The notes beneath the pieces were generated by a model. It was not told where the DNA came from, did not search any database, and saw nothing but the letters and a program-made list of their open reading frames with translations. Below are positions 63,561-64,000 of a DNA stretch of 64,000 nt, one piece after another. How positions within the stretch are numbered: the first letter of the stretch is position 1; each line of letters opens with the position of its first letter. The position numbers were made by a program, and so were the translations under genes. The stretch spans positions 1,426,001-1,490,000 of the forward strand of contig CDRNST010000175.1 in the NCBI GenBank assembly GCA_977016875.1. Direction: 5' to 3'. Source of the stretch: Pavona decussata. Lineage: Eukaryota.

Positions 63561-64000
63561 CGGAATGCCTTTCCGCGAAAATTTACTGCCGCTTGGGCTC
63601 TGTTAAATTTGGAAAACACGCAGGCTCTTTTTTTGATGCTTTTGCTCTTCTCTATGGGGGGCTAAAAACTCCATTCCAAGAGACAAATCAGGTAGTTGTT
63701 CATTATTTTCTAATTTCATTTCTAGGGAAACTTTGTAACAGCTTTAAGCGACAGAAACCTAAGTATGTCTGATTTGCACATGTTATCGTATGGACCCAGC
63801 CCTTGCCATCACCTTGCGTTTTATAGGTCTCCTGACGTACTAAAGTGTAGAGCAGCTGATGCTGTTGACAGCACAATCCTTTTTCTTGTATGCTTCTTAT
63901 GCTTCGGGCATCTAACTCACGAATTTTGGGTAAAGCCCGGAAGAAATTGTGCAAGAAGTGCAGGATCTCTGAGCCTCTCATAAATAAGTCTCAAATTCTT

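Noticed and set aside
63703-63983. ORFs at the window end
   Set aside because: No recognisable domain; truncated by the window edge.

Overview
AT-rich eukaryotic DNA with spliceosomal GT-AG introns. The repeat content looks like a cnidarian or coral genome (my inference). I see no intact host gene: the window is a nested pile of mostly decayed mobile elements. Recognisable families: a ZNF862-like hAT transposase remnant, an AcademH-type element (multi-exon transposase plus convergent RecQ-like helicase) with 9-bp-TSD derivatives, an L1/Tx1 element with its RT deleted, a Penelope-like element with hammerhead ribozymes and no visible endonuclease, a P-element-like transposase running into a cysteine-protease domain next to an NHL-propeller ORF, and a Ty3/Gypsy element inserted into a DUF3504-type Crypton. 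The most unusual item recurs three times. It pairs a tyrosine recombinase (C2H2 finger at the N-terminus, telobox-like Myb at the C-terminus) with a convergent superfamily-3 helicase ending in an NLS/PIP-like tail, and sits next to palindrome-rich tandem repeats. It has no polymerase or capsid genes and resembles a phage-satellite-like, self-replicating integrative element that I cannot assign to a named family.
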